Part shown: positions 38,623 to 48,365 of the stretch, one piece after another
Position numbering within the stretch: position 1 is the stretch's first letter
How the letters are laid out: every line of letters begins with the position of its first letter
Assembly: GCA_963806225.1 (NCBI GenBank)
Contig: CAWDXG010000001.1
Span: 288,001 to 352,000, forward strand
Direction: 5' to 3'
DNA: 64,000 nt
From: an uncultured delta proteobacterium
GTDB taxonomy: Bacteria; Myxococcota_A; Polyangia; Polyangiales; Polyangiaceae
Notes under the pieces: generated by a model
Told to the model about the DNA's origin: nothing
Database searches by the model: none
What the model saw: only the letters and a program-made list of their open reading frames with translations
Translations under genes and position numbers: made by a program

Positions 38623-39639
38623 TCAGGCCAGCGACTGGCCGATGGCTGCACCCACCCGGGTCAGCTGGTCCATCATGTCGCTGAACATCTCGAAGGTCAG
38701 GGCCTGCGGACCGTCGCTGAGCGCCTTCTCGGGATCGGGGTGCACCTCGACCATCACGCCGTCCACGCCCGTCGCCACGGCGGCGCGCGCTAGCGGCGTG
38801 ACGGCGCGGGCGACGCCGCTGCCGTGCGAGGGATCGACGACCACCGGCAGGTGCGTGATATCGCGGAGTAGCGGCACGATGCCGAGATCCAGCGTGTTGC
38901 GCGTCATGGTCTCGAAGGTGCGGATGCCGCGCTCGCACAGGATGACCTGGTAGTTGCCGCGCGACACGATGTACTCGGCCGCCATCAGCCACTCCTTCAC
39001 CGTCGAGGAGAGCCCGCGCTTGAGCATCACCGGCTTGCCCAGGTTGCCGACGGCTTCGAGGAGCGAGAAGTTCTGCATGTTGCGCGCGCCGATCTGCAGG
39101 ATATCGGCGTACTTCGCCACCAGCGGCAGCGTCTCGGTGTCCTTCACCTCGGTGATGACCGGCATGCCGGTCTCTTCACGCGCTTCGGCCAGAAGCTGCA
39201 GGCCTTCCTCGCGCAGACCCTGGAAGTCGTAGGGGCTGGTCCGCGGCTTGAACGCGCCGCCGCGCAGCACGGTGGCGCCGTGTTCGCGCACGTGGCGTGC
39301 GGTCGACATCACCTGCTCGCGGCTTTCCACCGAGCAGGGGCCGGCCATGACCGTGAGCGCGCCGCCGCCGATGCGTGTGTTGCCTACCTCGACCACGGTG
39401 TCGTCCGGCTTCACCTCGCGGCTGACCAGCTTGTAGGGACGGCTGACCGGCACAGCGTCCTGCACGCCGGGCAGGCGATTGAACAGCGCGGGATCGAGGG
39501 CGCCCTTGTTGCCGGTGATGCCGATCGCGAGGCGCACCGCGCCCGGTATCTGGTTGGGGGTCAGGCCCAGCTCCTTCACGCGGTCGCAAACCGCGTCGAT
39601 CTGCTCCGCGGTCGCGTTGGACTTCATCATGATCAGCAT
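38623..39639 (-). CDS. aroF: DAHP synthase, type I-beta, with N-terminal regulatory domain
   Basis: [45 protein letters not shown]. Confidence 0.95.
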   Translation of the reverse strand: MLIMMKSNATAEQIDAVCDRVKELGLTPNQIPGAVRLAIGITGNKGALDPALFNRLPGVQDAVPVSRPYKLVSREVKPDDTVVEVGNTRIGGGALTVMAGPCSVESREQVMSTARHVREHGATVLRGGAFKPRTSPYDFQGLREEGLQLLAEAREETGMPVITEVKDTETLPLVAKYADILQIGARNMQNFSLLEAVGNLGKPVMLKRGLSSTVKEWLMAAEYIVSRGNYQVILCERGIRTFETMTRNTLDLGIVPLLRDITHLPVVVDPSHGSGVARAVTPLARAAVATGVDGVMVEVHPDPEKALSDGPQALTFEMFSDMMDQLTRVGAAIGQSLA

Positions 39640-39809
39640 CGGCAGATCCTTCCCATGCCCCGCCCCGGGGCCGGCACATGTAGCACAAACCCGCGTAAAT
39701 GCGCCACAAAGCCCCCGGCGTGGGTCGGCGACCTGCTCGGCGGGGCTTTCCTGTCGGCGATCCGGGGATTATGTTCTCGCCCCCCAGCTAGTTTTCCGGA
39801 GCAGTTTTC

Positions 39810-40133
39810 ATGGCATCTCAGAACGTTCACGTCTTCAACGATCTCAACTTCGACGAAGAAGTCCTGAAGTCCGACGTACCCGTCCTCGTCGACTTCACAG
39901 CGACCTGGTGCGGTCCCTGCAAAGCGCTCGCTCCCATCGTCGATCAGGTCGCCGAGGAGCTGAACGGCAAGCTCAAGGTCGGCAAGCTCAACGTCGACGA
40001 GGCACCTGTCACCGCCGGCAAGTACGGCGTTCGCGGCGTGCCCACCGTGATGGTGTTCAAGAACGGCGAGCGGGCGGCCCAGCATGTCGGCCTCACCACC
40101 AAGCAGAAGCTGATCGCGCTGGTCAACGTCTGA
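39810..40133 (+). CDS. trxA: Thioredoxin
   Basis: VDFTATWCGPCK, GVPT. Confidence 0.95.
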   Translation: MASQNVHVFNDLNFDEEVLKSDVPVLVDFTATWCGPCKALAPIVDQVAEELNGKLKVGKLNVDEAPVTAGKYGVRGVPTVMVFKNGERAAQHVGLTTKQKLIALVNV

Positions 40134-40142
40134 GCGCGCGAG

Positions 40143-40158
40143 CGGAGCGAAAGCTCCG
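40143..40158 (+). terminator. Small GNRA hairpin after trxA
   Basis: CGGAGC-GAAA-GCTCCG; no U-tract. Confidence 0.3.
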
Positions 40159-40167
40159 TCACCACAC

Positions 40168-41283
40168 ATGGCTCGTCGCGGGCGTCGCCGAAGACGCTTC
40201 GTCCTCTTCGCGCACACGTTGACCGCGGTCGTCCATATCGTCCCGGCCATGGCTCTTTCCGCGCTGCTGCCGGTCTGGGTGGCGGTGCTGCTCGCGCTGT
40301 CGCTCTGGGTGCTGACCGCCCTCAGATTGCACGCTCTGGCGTTGGACCGGCGGCGTCCGCGTTGGCTGACGCACCTCGTCGACGAGCCGGTGTTCTGGCA
40401 CTGGGGAGGCTGTCTGGTCGGTCTGCCGCTGCTCGCGGCGGCTGTGCCCGTTGCGGTGCTCGGCGGGTGGTCGCCGGCGCGCGCGGCACTCGCGGCGTAC
40501 GCGCTGGGCCTGGTCGTCAGCGCGTGGAGTGTGTGGGGGATCCGGCGTCGCCCTCGCGTGCGGCGGGTGGACGTGGCGATCGCCGGGCTACCGCCCCAGC
40601 TTGACGGCTACGCGGTCGCGCAGCTCAGCGATCTGCATATCGGAAGCTTCGATCCGCCTTCGCGCGGCGCGCGCTGGGTCGAGCTCTGCAACGCGCTCCA
40701 GCCCGATCTGACCGTCGTGACCGGCGATCTGGTGACCTCGGGCGTCGAGTTCTACGACGACACCGCCGAGCTCCTGGGCCAGCTCAGCGCCCGCGACGGT
40801 GTGCTCGTGACGATGGGCAACCACGACCAGTGGGACGCCGAGCGGTTCATCGCCGCCATTCGCGCCCGTGGTCCCGCGGTGCTCCTGAACGAGTGGACGT
40901 GCGTGGTCCGCGATGGCGCCACGCTGGTGGTGGCGGGGCTCGATGACCGTTTCGCGCAGCGCGACGACCTCGAACAGGCGCTTTCCGGTCGACCGGTGGG
41001 GGCTCCGACGCTGCTCTTGTCGCACTACCCCGATTTCTTCGAGCGCGCCGCGGAGCGGGGCGTGGAGCTCGTGCTCAGCGGTCACACCCACGGCGGGCAG
41101 TTCGGCCTGCCGTTCGTCGGGGAGCGCTACAACATCGCCACGCTCGCCGGGACGTGGCCGCGCGGGCTGTTTCGTTCGGGCTCGAGCCAGCTGTACGTGA
41201 ACGCCGGGCTGGGTACCACGGGGCCGCCGATGCGGCTCGGCGTGCCCCCGGAGATCGCGCTCCTGGTGCTCAGGCGGGGCTGA
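40168..41283 (+). CDS. Membrane-bound metallophosphoesterase (YkuE/YaeI-like)
   Basis: TM helices; SDLHIG, TGDL, GNHD, LSHYP, SGHTHGGQ. Confidence 0.9.
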   Translation: MARRGRRRRRFVLFAHTLTAVVHIVPAMALSALLPVWVAVLLALSLWVLTALRLHALALDRRRPRWLTHLVDEPVFWHWGGCLVGLPLLAAAVPVAVLGGWSPARAALAAYALGLVVSAWSVWGIRRRPRVRRVDVAIAGLPPQLDGYAVAQLSDLHIGSFDPPSRGARWVELCNALQPDLTVVTGDLVTSGVEFYDDTAELLGQLSARDGVLVTMGNHDQWDAERFIAAIRARGPAVLLNEWTCVVRDGATLVVAGLDDRFAQRDDLEQALSGRPVGAPTLLLSHYPDFFERAAERGVELVLSGHTHGGQFGLPFVGERYNIATLAGTWPRGLFRSGSSQLYVNAGLGTTGPPMRLGVPPEIALLVLRRG

Positions 41284-41334
41284 GGCCGCTCCCGCTCGCG
41301 CGCGCACGCGACGGACCGGCGCGCCGGCGCTAGG

Positions 41335-44300
41335 ATGCCCTCGCCCATGCACGCCCGCCCCGCTCGCCGAAACGTCCCCGCCCTGCGCCGCTCGCTGCCG
41401 TGGGCGGTGGTGGGGCTTGTGGGAGTGCTCGCTGCGGGCGCCTGTGCGGGCGGTCGCCCAGAGCCGCCGCGCCATCCGCGCAAGTCGCTGCTCGCCAGTG
41501 CGGAGGTCACGCCGGCCTATCCGTCGCCCGCGACCTGGCGCTACCACCCGAAGAAGGAAGCGCCGCTGCGGGTGCGGCGCAAACTGTCGGCTCACGAGAC
41601 GCTGTACGCGGGGGACCGCGGCGAGCGCTGGCTGGTCGACACCCACGACCATTCCGTGCGTGCGGCGGCGCGGCTCGCGCCGGAGGCTCTGGTGGCGATC
41701 CTGAAGCTCGACAACGGCGGCTGGTTGTTCGTGGGACAGAGCGGCACGACCTATGAAGCCGACAAGCCACTCGGAGCGTTCATCCGCTCCAGTGCGCCGC
41801 TGGATCCGCTCGCGCGCGTCAGCGCGGCCGCGGGCGCGCTGCTGGGCGTGCGTCGCGACGGCGTGCTCGTGCAGAGCAGCGACGCCGGCGCGTCGTGGCA
41901 CATCGTCGGACCCGGTCACGCGCGCTTCTCGGACGTGGCGCTCGACGACAAGGGCCGCGGCCTGGCGCTCGCTGTCCCCGAGCGTCTGTACACGACGCGG
42001 GACCGCGGAGCGAGCTGGAAGCCGCTCGACCAGAAGACCTTCGGCGCGCTATCGATCGAGCGTCGCCCCGACGACAGCATCGCGCTGTCGAGCGTGTTCG
42101 GTACTCGCGAGTGGAAGCCCGATGCGGCGAAGCCGTTCGTCGAGCTAGCTTCGCATCCCCGGGGCCAGAGCAACTACAAGCTGCCCCTTCCGCCGCCGCG
42201 CGGTCCCGACGCTTCGGCGTTGTCCGAGGGACGCGCAGCAATCGTCGGGGAACAGTATCTCGAGCTCGACCACGAAGGGGACTCCTGGCAGCTTCTGTCA
42301 GGGCCCGTCGATGGTCAGCTCGAAGCGCACCCGCTGCCGGAGGCCAAGGGGTGCCGCGCGGTGCGCATCGCCGGCTTCTCGCACTGGCTCTACCTGGCGT
42401 GCTCCCGCTCGAGCCTCGGCCGTACGTCGCGTCCCATCACGCTGATGAGGAGCAAGGACTCCGGCAAGCGCTGGACGAAGGAAGACTTTCCGGTTGTCGG
42501 CAGCATGGACGACTTCCGGATCGCGGTCGGCGTCGGCGGCGCGCTGCTGGTCAGCGGCGTGTGCCCGCCGCGTGCGGCCGGCAGTGGCTGCGGTGTGCAA
42601 GGCGTGTACTACCGGCGGCGCGCCGAGCAGGACGGCGGCGCGCCTGCGGGTGGCTCCGATCACGCCGATGCGAAGGCGAAGCCGGCCGCGCAGACCGACT
42701 ACGAGCTGGCGCCTGCGGCCACGCCGGCGCTGAAGGCCAGCGCCGACGCGCTGGCCTTCTCCAGCGACGGGCGCACGGCCTACGCCATCGGTCGTCGCAC
42801 AAAAAATGGCGCATTCACCGTCTTCGTTTCCCACAACAGCGGGCACAGCTTCGAGGCACACGAGATCGATCAGCTCCCGGCGGACTACGACGACAGCTAC
42901 TACGGCGGCTATCGCCGCTACGGTCACAACAGCGGAACGCAGGTGGAATCCGTGATGGCTGCGGAGGACGGCACCCTGGCCATGGTCGTGTCCCGCTACG
43001 GCACGACGACCCTGCTGGTCACCGATGATGAAGGGCGCGTCGTCTCGCTTTCGCATGCGCCGTCTTCGCAGGCCGCCATCGGAGCCGCCGGCACGCGAGC
43101 CCTTGCCGTGACTCCTGGCACGCGCGACGCCTGGGAGTCGCTCGACGGCGGAGCTACCTGGGATCCGATCGGCGAGCTGCCGCTCGACCTGTGCGGCCGC
43201 GCGAGCCGGTGCAAGGTGCCCGTGTACTGCTATCCGGGTGGATGCGTGATCGGCGACCAGCTGTCGCGGATCGGGTGGCACGGCCAGGCTGATCCGGATG
43301 AGGGCGTTCTGGCGCCGCCCGCGCCGGCCCCGCCCGCGGCGTACGACGCCGCGCTGCGCGAGCCGATCTCCTGCACGCTCGACCCGGCGCCCTGGAAGGC
43401 GATCGACGGACTCCGCAAGGCTCCCGACGCGGCACAGGCCGAGCTCGGCAAGGCCGTCTGGTTCGCGCTGGTAGAGGACCCTGGGCACGCCGCAGCGTGG
43501 ATGATCCACGCGACGGGCGGCGCCCATCCACGTCTCGAGAAGGTCACGCTGCTCCCGCCGGTGCGCCGCCCCGGCGCCGTGGCCATGAAGGCTTCCCACC
43601 AGGTGGAGGGCGGCGCCGCGCTACGCTACGACGTTCCCGACGGCGTGCACGAGACGAACCTGGGGCACCTGGAGGTGGCCTGGGACAATCTCTTCGAAGG
43701 CCGGGTGGTTCACGCGCGGCTCGCCGACGGCGGCGGCTACGTGCCGGGCGACTATGCCAGTCTGGGGAGCGGCCGCTCCCAGCTCGCCCGCCCCGCGCTG
43801 CTCAGTATCGCGTCGGGCGGGCTGTATCTGCGCCTGCACGGGAGTCGCGGTGACGCGCAGAAGACGCTGTTCCTCGACGGTCACGCGGTGACCGGCATTC
43901 CGCCGGTGAGCTGGCCTGATGCAGTGCAGTCCGTGCGCAGCGAGATGGTCCACGCCGGGCGCACGCATCTGCCCATCAAGATAGGCGTCGCCTTGACCCG
44001 CGCTCTCCGCGCGGCTGGCGGATATCAGTTCGACGCCATGACCACGTCTCTGGTCGACCCGGCGGCTTTCGGCCTCGACCAGGACATCGGTCTTACCTAT
44101 CTCGGTGGCCGTGCCGGACTGGTGGTCACGCTCGAGGACCGTCACGGCGGGCAGCATCGAAGCCAGTTGTTCATCTTCCGTAACAGCGGAGCCGTGCTCG
44201 ACCCGCCTGTTGCACTGTCGATGCAACAGGACCTGCCCGACCGGCCCTCGCGCTGCAGTACGATGCAGCGCACCAGCACGGCGCGATCGATCCAGCGGAG

Positions 44301-44658
44301 CGTCGCGGGAACGCGCCATCCGGTCATCGTCTCGGACGCGAGCGAGCCGCTGCGCGCGCTCTTGACGCGCTTCGCGGTCATGTACGGCACGCCGTCGTCG
44401 CCCTGCGTCGCCGCCTACGACGCCGACGCCGTGAAGCTGGAGGGCGGCGAGGTGCACGGCGAGCACGCCATCCTGCCGATCGACGATCTGGACCACGCCT
44501 GGCTGTTCCGCACGGCGCCCGGAAGCAGTGACGGTCGCATCGAGTACCGGGTGATGAAGTGCCGGTTCGACACCGGCGCCGAGGTCCCGCCCGAGCTGTA
44601 TCGGGCGGCGGCCGGAGCACCGACGGCGGTCGGCGCGAGCGTCCGCATGGCCCACTGA
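41335..44658 (+). CDS. Large lipoprotein with Asp-box/BNR repeats
   Basis: Lipobox AGAC; SSDAGASW, TRDRGASW, SKDSGKRW, SHNSGHSF, SLDGGATW. Confidence 0.72.
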   Translation: MPSPMHARPARRNVPALRRSLPWAVVGLVGVLAAGACAGGRPEPPRHPRKSLLASAEVTPAYPSPATWRYHPKKEAPLRVRRKLSAHETLYAGDRGERWLVDTHDHSVRAAARLAPEALVAILKLDNGGWLFVGQSGTTYEADKPLGAFIRSSAPLDPLARVSAAAGALLGVRRDGVLVQSSDAGASWHIVGPGHARFSDVALDDKGRGLALAVPERLYTTRDRGASWKPLDQKTFGALSIERRPDDSIALSSVFGTREWKPDAAKPFVELASHPRGQSNYKLPLPPPRGPDASALSEGRAAIVGEQYLELDHEGDSWQLLSGPVDGQLEAHPLPEAKGCRAVRIAGFSHWLYLACSRSSLGRTSRPITLMRSKDSGKRWTKEDFPVVGSMDDFRIAVGVGGALLVSGVCPPRAAGSGCGVQGVYYRRRAEQDGGAPAGGSDHADAKAKPAAQTDYELAPAATPALKASADALAFSSDGRTAYAIGRRTKNGAFTVFVSHNSGHSFEAHEIDQLPADYDDSYYGGYRRYGHNSGTQVESVMAAEDGTLAMVVSRYGTTTLLVTDDEGRVVSLSHAPSSQAAIGAAGTRALAVTPGTRDAWESLDGGATWDPIGELPLDLCGRASRCKVPVYCYPGGCVIGDQLSRIGWHGQADPDEGVLAPPAPAPPAAYDAALREPISCTLDPAPWKAIDGLRKAPDAAQAELGKAVWFALVEDPGHAAAWMIHATGGAHPRLEKVTLLPPVRRPGAVAMKASHQVEGGAALRYDVPDGVHETNLGHLEVAWDNLFEGRVVHARLADGGGYVPGDYASLGSGRSQLARPALLSIASGGLYLRLHGSRGDAQKTLFLDGHAVTGIPPVSWPDAVQSVRSEMVHAGRTHLPIKIGVALTRALRAAGGYQFDAMTTSLVDPAAFGLDQDIGLTYLGGRAGLVVTLEDRHGGQHRSQLFIFRNSGAVLDPPVALSMQQDLPDRPSRCSTMQRTSTARSIQRSVAGTRHPVIVSDASEPLRALLTRFAVMYGTPSSPCVAAYDADAVKLEGGEVHGEHAILPIDDLDHAWLFRTAPGSSDGRIEYRVMKCRFDTGAEVPPELYRAAAGAPTAVGASVRMAH

Positions 44659-44786
44659 GGCCGCAAGCGCGCGTAACTTCCCGACGGAAAGCGTGTCGGG
44701 CTCGACGTGACAGACAGCGAGTTGACGGAGGAGGGGACCAGGATCCCGGCGCGCTCGGCGAAGGCGCTGTAGGGCCGTACCGCTGT

Positions 44787-44915
44787 TCAGCGCACGTCGA
44801 TCTCGACCAGCTCGACCCCGCGTCCCTTGAAGCGCTTCTCGAGCCGCTCGCGCCACACGTCCGCCGAAGCGCCCTCGGCCAGATCGATATCGACCGGGAG
44901 CCGGTAGCCGTTTCG
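44787..44915 (-). pseudogene. Orphan 3' gene fragment
   Basis: Codon-biased frame GYRLPVDIDLAEGASADVWRERLEKRFKGRGVELVEIDVR* with no ATG/GTG/TTG start upstream of the fragment. Confidence 0.35.
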
Positions 44916-44983
44916 GTCGGAAATGGTTCGTACGCGAAAGGGCGGCTGAAATCGACTGCAGGAGTGATAGTGTCGATCCGACG

Positions 44984-46387
44984 ATGTTCCAACCAGCGGA
45001 GGGATTCTCGGTCACGCCAAGCGTCCAGCTCCTGCACAAGCTGGGTGCGGGCGGTATGGGCAGCGTGTGGGTCGCCGATCACCTGACCCTGCACACGCAG
45101 GTGGTCGTGAAGTTCATGTCCTCCGAGCTATTGGTTGATCCGACGAGCGTCGAGCGTTTCTCGCGCGAGGCCGCAGCCGCCGCGCAGGTCAAGAGCCCAC
45201 ACGTCGTGCAGATCTTCGATCACGGCGTCACCAAGGAGGGCATCCCGTTCATCGTGATGGAATTGCTCGAGGGTCGCGATCTAGGCGACCTGCTGGAATC
45301 GCGCGGTTCGATCGATGCCAGGAGCCTCACCACGATCGTGGCCCAGCTTGCCAAGGCGCTATCGCGAGCCCACGATCGCGGTATCGTCCACCGCGACATC
45401 AAGCCGGAAAACATCTTCCTGTGCGATACGGGCGACGGCGAGCTGTTCACGAAGCTTCTCGATTTCGGGATCGCGAAGAGCGAAAACCAGGGACTATCGC
45501 AGTCGACGCGCACGGGGGCGCTCATCGGTTCGCCGTACTACATGAGCCCGGAGCAGCTGGTCGGCGCCAAGGATGTCGACCTGCGCAGCGACATCTGGTC
45601 GTTGGGCGTCGTTGCGTTCCAGTCGCTCACGGGGCAGCGGCCGTTCCTCGGAGAGAATCTCGGCGCGCTTGCCGTGAAGATCCACCAGGAAGAGCTGCCC
45701 GTGCCGTCCAGCGTTGCAGCCGGGTTGCCCCCCGCCTTCGACGGATGGTTCGCGCGGGCCTGCGCAAGGAAGCGCGAGGATCGGTTCGGGTCGGCGAGAG
45801 AGGCGGCTCTGGCGCTGCGGACAGCGCTGCTCGATTCGGATGCGCCGCGGGCTGCACTGGTCTCGCTACCCGATGCCGCTCCGCATGTGCCAACGCAGGC
45901 GGTCTCCGCCAACAACGTCCCGATGCGCACCACTTCGCCCGTCAGCTCGTCGATGGAGGAGTCCACCGAACAGCCTCCACAGAAGAGAGCCGCCGGCGTG
46001 TGGCTCGCCGTAGGAGCAGTCGGCCTGATCCTGATCGGCGGCGGCGTTCTCGCGCTGCGGTCCGGAGGCGCGGCCGCGGCTGGACCCGAACCGCCATCGA
46101 GCGCGGCTGCTTCCGCGTCGGCCCCGCTCGTTGTGCCGGCGGTTGCAAGTGCCAGCGCCTCGAGTGCAGCTGCGGTCAGAGAACCCAGTGCACCGCCGAG
46201 CGCCTCGGCAGCGGCCAGTGCGTCGGCCGCGCCGAGTGCTCTGCAGGTCCGCCCCTTGCACACCAAGCCGCCTTCGCCGTGGCCGCGGCCCCATCCGCCG
46301 CCGCCCACGAAGCCCCGACCCACTACTGCTCCGACTCCGGTGAAGCAGACACCGAAGGTCCCGAAGCTGGGCGAACGCCCGATCTAG
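44984..46387 (+). CDS. Transmembrane Ser/Thr protein kinase (Hanks type)
   Basis: LGAGGMGSVW, VVVK, HRDIKPEN, DFG, GSPYYMSPEQ, DIWSLG; TM helix and Pro/Ala tail. Confidence 0.95.
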   Translation: MFQPAEGFSVTPSVQLLHKLGAGGMGSVWVADHLTLHTQVVVKFMSSELLVDPTSVERFSREAAAAAQVKSPHVVQIFDHGVTKEGIPFIVMELLEGRDLGDLLESRGSIDARSLTTIVAQLAKALSRAHDRGIVHRDIKPENIFLCDTGDGELFTKLLDFGIAKSENQGLSQSTRTGALIGSPYYMSPEQLVGAKDVDLRSDIWSLGVVAFQSLTGQRPFLGENLGALAVKIHQEELPVPSSVAAGLPPAFDGWFARACARKREDRFGSAREAALALRTALLDSDAPRAALVSLPDAAPHVPTQAVSANNVPMRTTSPVSSSMEESTEQPPQKRAAGVWLAVGAVGLILIGGGVLALRSGGAAAAGPEPPSSAAASASAPLVVPAVASASASSAAAVREPSAPPSASAAASASAAPSALQVRPLHTKPPSPWPRPHPPPPTKPRPTTAPTPVKQTPKVPKLGERPI

Positions 46388-46392
46388 CAGAC

Positions 46393-47442
46393 ATGGCTTC
46401 CAGGTCGTCGTATCCACTATCCGGCAGGGCTCCGTTGCTGTTCGCCATCGTGCTCGGCTCGCTCGCCGTCGCTCCGATGCGTGCCATGGCAAAGCCGACG
46501 GCGGCCGAGATGGAGAGTGCGCGCGCCCTGTTCAACAAGGGCATGGATCTGCGCGACAAGGGCGATCTGGCCGCGGCCCTCAAGCGGCTGAAGGCAGCGC
46601 ACTCGCTCGGTCAGACGCCGGTCACAGGCTACGAGCTCGGCCGCACGTACGTGATGCTCGGCAAGCTGCTGGAAGCGCGGGAGGTGCTGCTCTCCGTGGC
46701 CGATCTGCCGGGTGCCGGCAACGAGCCGGACGTCCGGGCCAAGGCGCGAGCCGACGCCGTCCGGCTCGCCGAGCAGCTCCGTGCGAGGGTTCCTTCAATC
46801 ACACTGAAGGTGAGCGGCGCCGCCGGAGCGAAGCTCGCCCTGAGCGTGGACGGTGTGAAGCTGCCGTCCGACAGCATCGGTCTCGAACACGAGGTGGACC
46901 CGGGCAAGCACAATGTCATGGCGAGCGTCGTGGGGCGGCCCGACCGCCGCGCGGAAGCCAAGGTGACAGTTCACGAGGGCGAGTCGAAGACCGTTCAGCT
47001 CGAGCTGCCGCCCGCCGAGGCCACCGCGGCCACGCCACCCACACCGGCTCCGACCCCGGCGCGTCCGGTCGGACCTACGCCGCCCACCGTGGACACGGGC
47101 GCGAAGCCGGACCACACGCTCAGCTACGTCGGGCTGGGCACATTCGGCGTCGGTCTGGTCGTCGGCTCGGTCACCGGGGTCATGGCACTGTCGAAGGGCA
47201 GCTCGGTGAAGAACGCCTGCAACACCGCTACGAAGGTCTGCCCACCCACCGAAAAGTCGAAGCTGGATGCGACGAAGAACCTAGCCACCGTGTCGACGGT
47301 CGGCTTCGGTGTGGCGGGAGCCGGCGCGGTCATCACCATCATCGGTCTGGCCTCGGAGGGCGGGAAGAAACCTCGTCCAGCGGCGCGCCACGTGGCGCCC
47401 GTGATCGGCCTCGGGTACGTGGGACTGGACGGGGTGTTCTGA
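46393..47442 (+). CDS. TPR + PEGA-like protein with C-terminal membrane segment
   Basis: ARALFNKG...YELGR..VMLGKLLEA; VDGV...VDPGKHNV; C-terminal GLGYVGLDGVF. Confidence 0.75.
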   Translation: MASRSSYPLSGRAPLLFAIVLGSLAVAPMRAMAKPTAAEMESARALFNKGMDLRDKGDLAAALKRLKAAHSLGQTPVTGYELGRTYVMLGKLLEAREVLLSVADLPGAGNEPDVRAKARADAVRLAEQLRARVPSITLKVSGAAGAKLALSVDGVKLPSDSIGLEHEVDPGKHNVMASVVGRPDRRAEAKVTVHEGESKTVQLELPPAEATAATPPTPAPTPARPVGPTPPTVDTGAKPDHTLSYVGLGTFGVGLVVGSVTGVMALSKGSSVKNACNTATKVCPPTEKSKLDATKNLATVSTVGFGVAGAGAVITIIGLASEGGKKPRPAARHVAPVIGLGYVGLDGVF

Positions 47443-48356
47443 TGGGGCAGCGCGTGCTCCGGGTCGCGCTGCTCGCCGCGCTGGTGCTGACGCCGCTTGC
47501 GTGCCTGAACGTGATCGGACTGGACGGCTATTCGGTGGGTACATCGGGAAGCGGTGGCTCGACCAGCGGTGGCACGGGCGGCTCCGCCGGCACGGACGGC
47601 TCCGCCGCCGCCGGGACAGGCGGCGGCCCTGCGGACGCTGGGGCCTGCGCCGACGGCGGCTGTCTGCTCTCGTGCACAACGGGGCTGAAGTGTCCGTCGG
47701 GAATGTTCTGCTCGAACGACGGCAAGTGCGTTCCGGATCCCCAGTGCAGCGTCGCGTCTGGCACGTGCACCCTGTACCCGCAGTGCGGCTGCACCAACGC
47801 ACAGACATGCGTCGCAAAGAGCAACACGACGGGCAAGTGTGCGGCTGCCGGCACCGGACTATTCGGCGCGCCCTGCCAGGATACCAGCGACTGCGCCAAG
47901 GGCCTCACTTGCTATGGCGACCTCTGCGTGTCCTTCTGCAAAGCCAAGAACGACTGTCTGCTGCAACAGGGCACGTTCGAGTGCACACCGGCAGGCACGA
48001 GTCAAAGTACGGAGGATGTTTGCGTTGCTACGTGTGCTCCTTCCGGCGGCGCCGGCTGCGGCCCAGGGGCGAAGTGCGCGACGTTGTACGTCGATCCGAA
48101 GCCGCCGGACTTCATCTGTGTCCGCGCCGGTACGGCCAAGGCCGGCTCCGATTGCTCCAACGACACCTACAGCTGCGCGCCGGGGCTCACGTGCGACGAC
48201 AACAAGTGCAAGGTGCTCTGCCCGCTGACGGCGGCGGCCTGCGACGGCGGCACGTGCGGACTGGGGTGTGGCGACGCGGGAGCGTGCACGACGGCAACGG
48301 CAGGCGGCGTTCCGAAAAACGCAGCGACGGCCTGGGGCGTGTGCCCGCTTCCGTAG
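47442..48356 (+). CDS. Cys-rich lipoprotein
   Basis: TGATG overlap; LACLNVIGLD lipobox; PQCGC...AG...G.PC....DC..GL.C repeats. Confidence 0.75.
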   Translation: MGQRVLRVALLAALVLTPLACLNVIGLDGYSVGTSGSGGSTSGGTGGSAGTDGSAAAGTGGGPADAGACADGGCLLSCTTGLKCPSGMFCSNDGKCVPDPQCSVASGTCTLYPQCGCTNAQTCVAKSNTTGKCAAAGTGLFGAPCQDTSDCAKGLTCYGDLCVSFCKAKNDCLLQQGTFECTPAGTSQSTEDVCVATCAPSGGAGCGPGAKCATLYVDPKPPDFICVRAGTAKAGSDCSNDTYSCAPGLTCDDNKCKVLCPLTAAACDGGTCGLGCGDAGACTTATAGGVPKNAATAWGVCPLP

Positions 48357-48365
48357 CGTGGCCCG

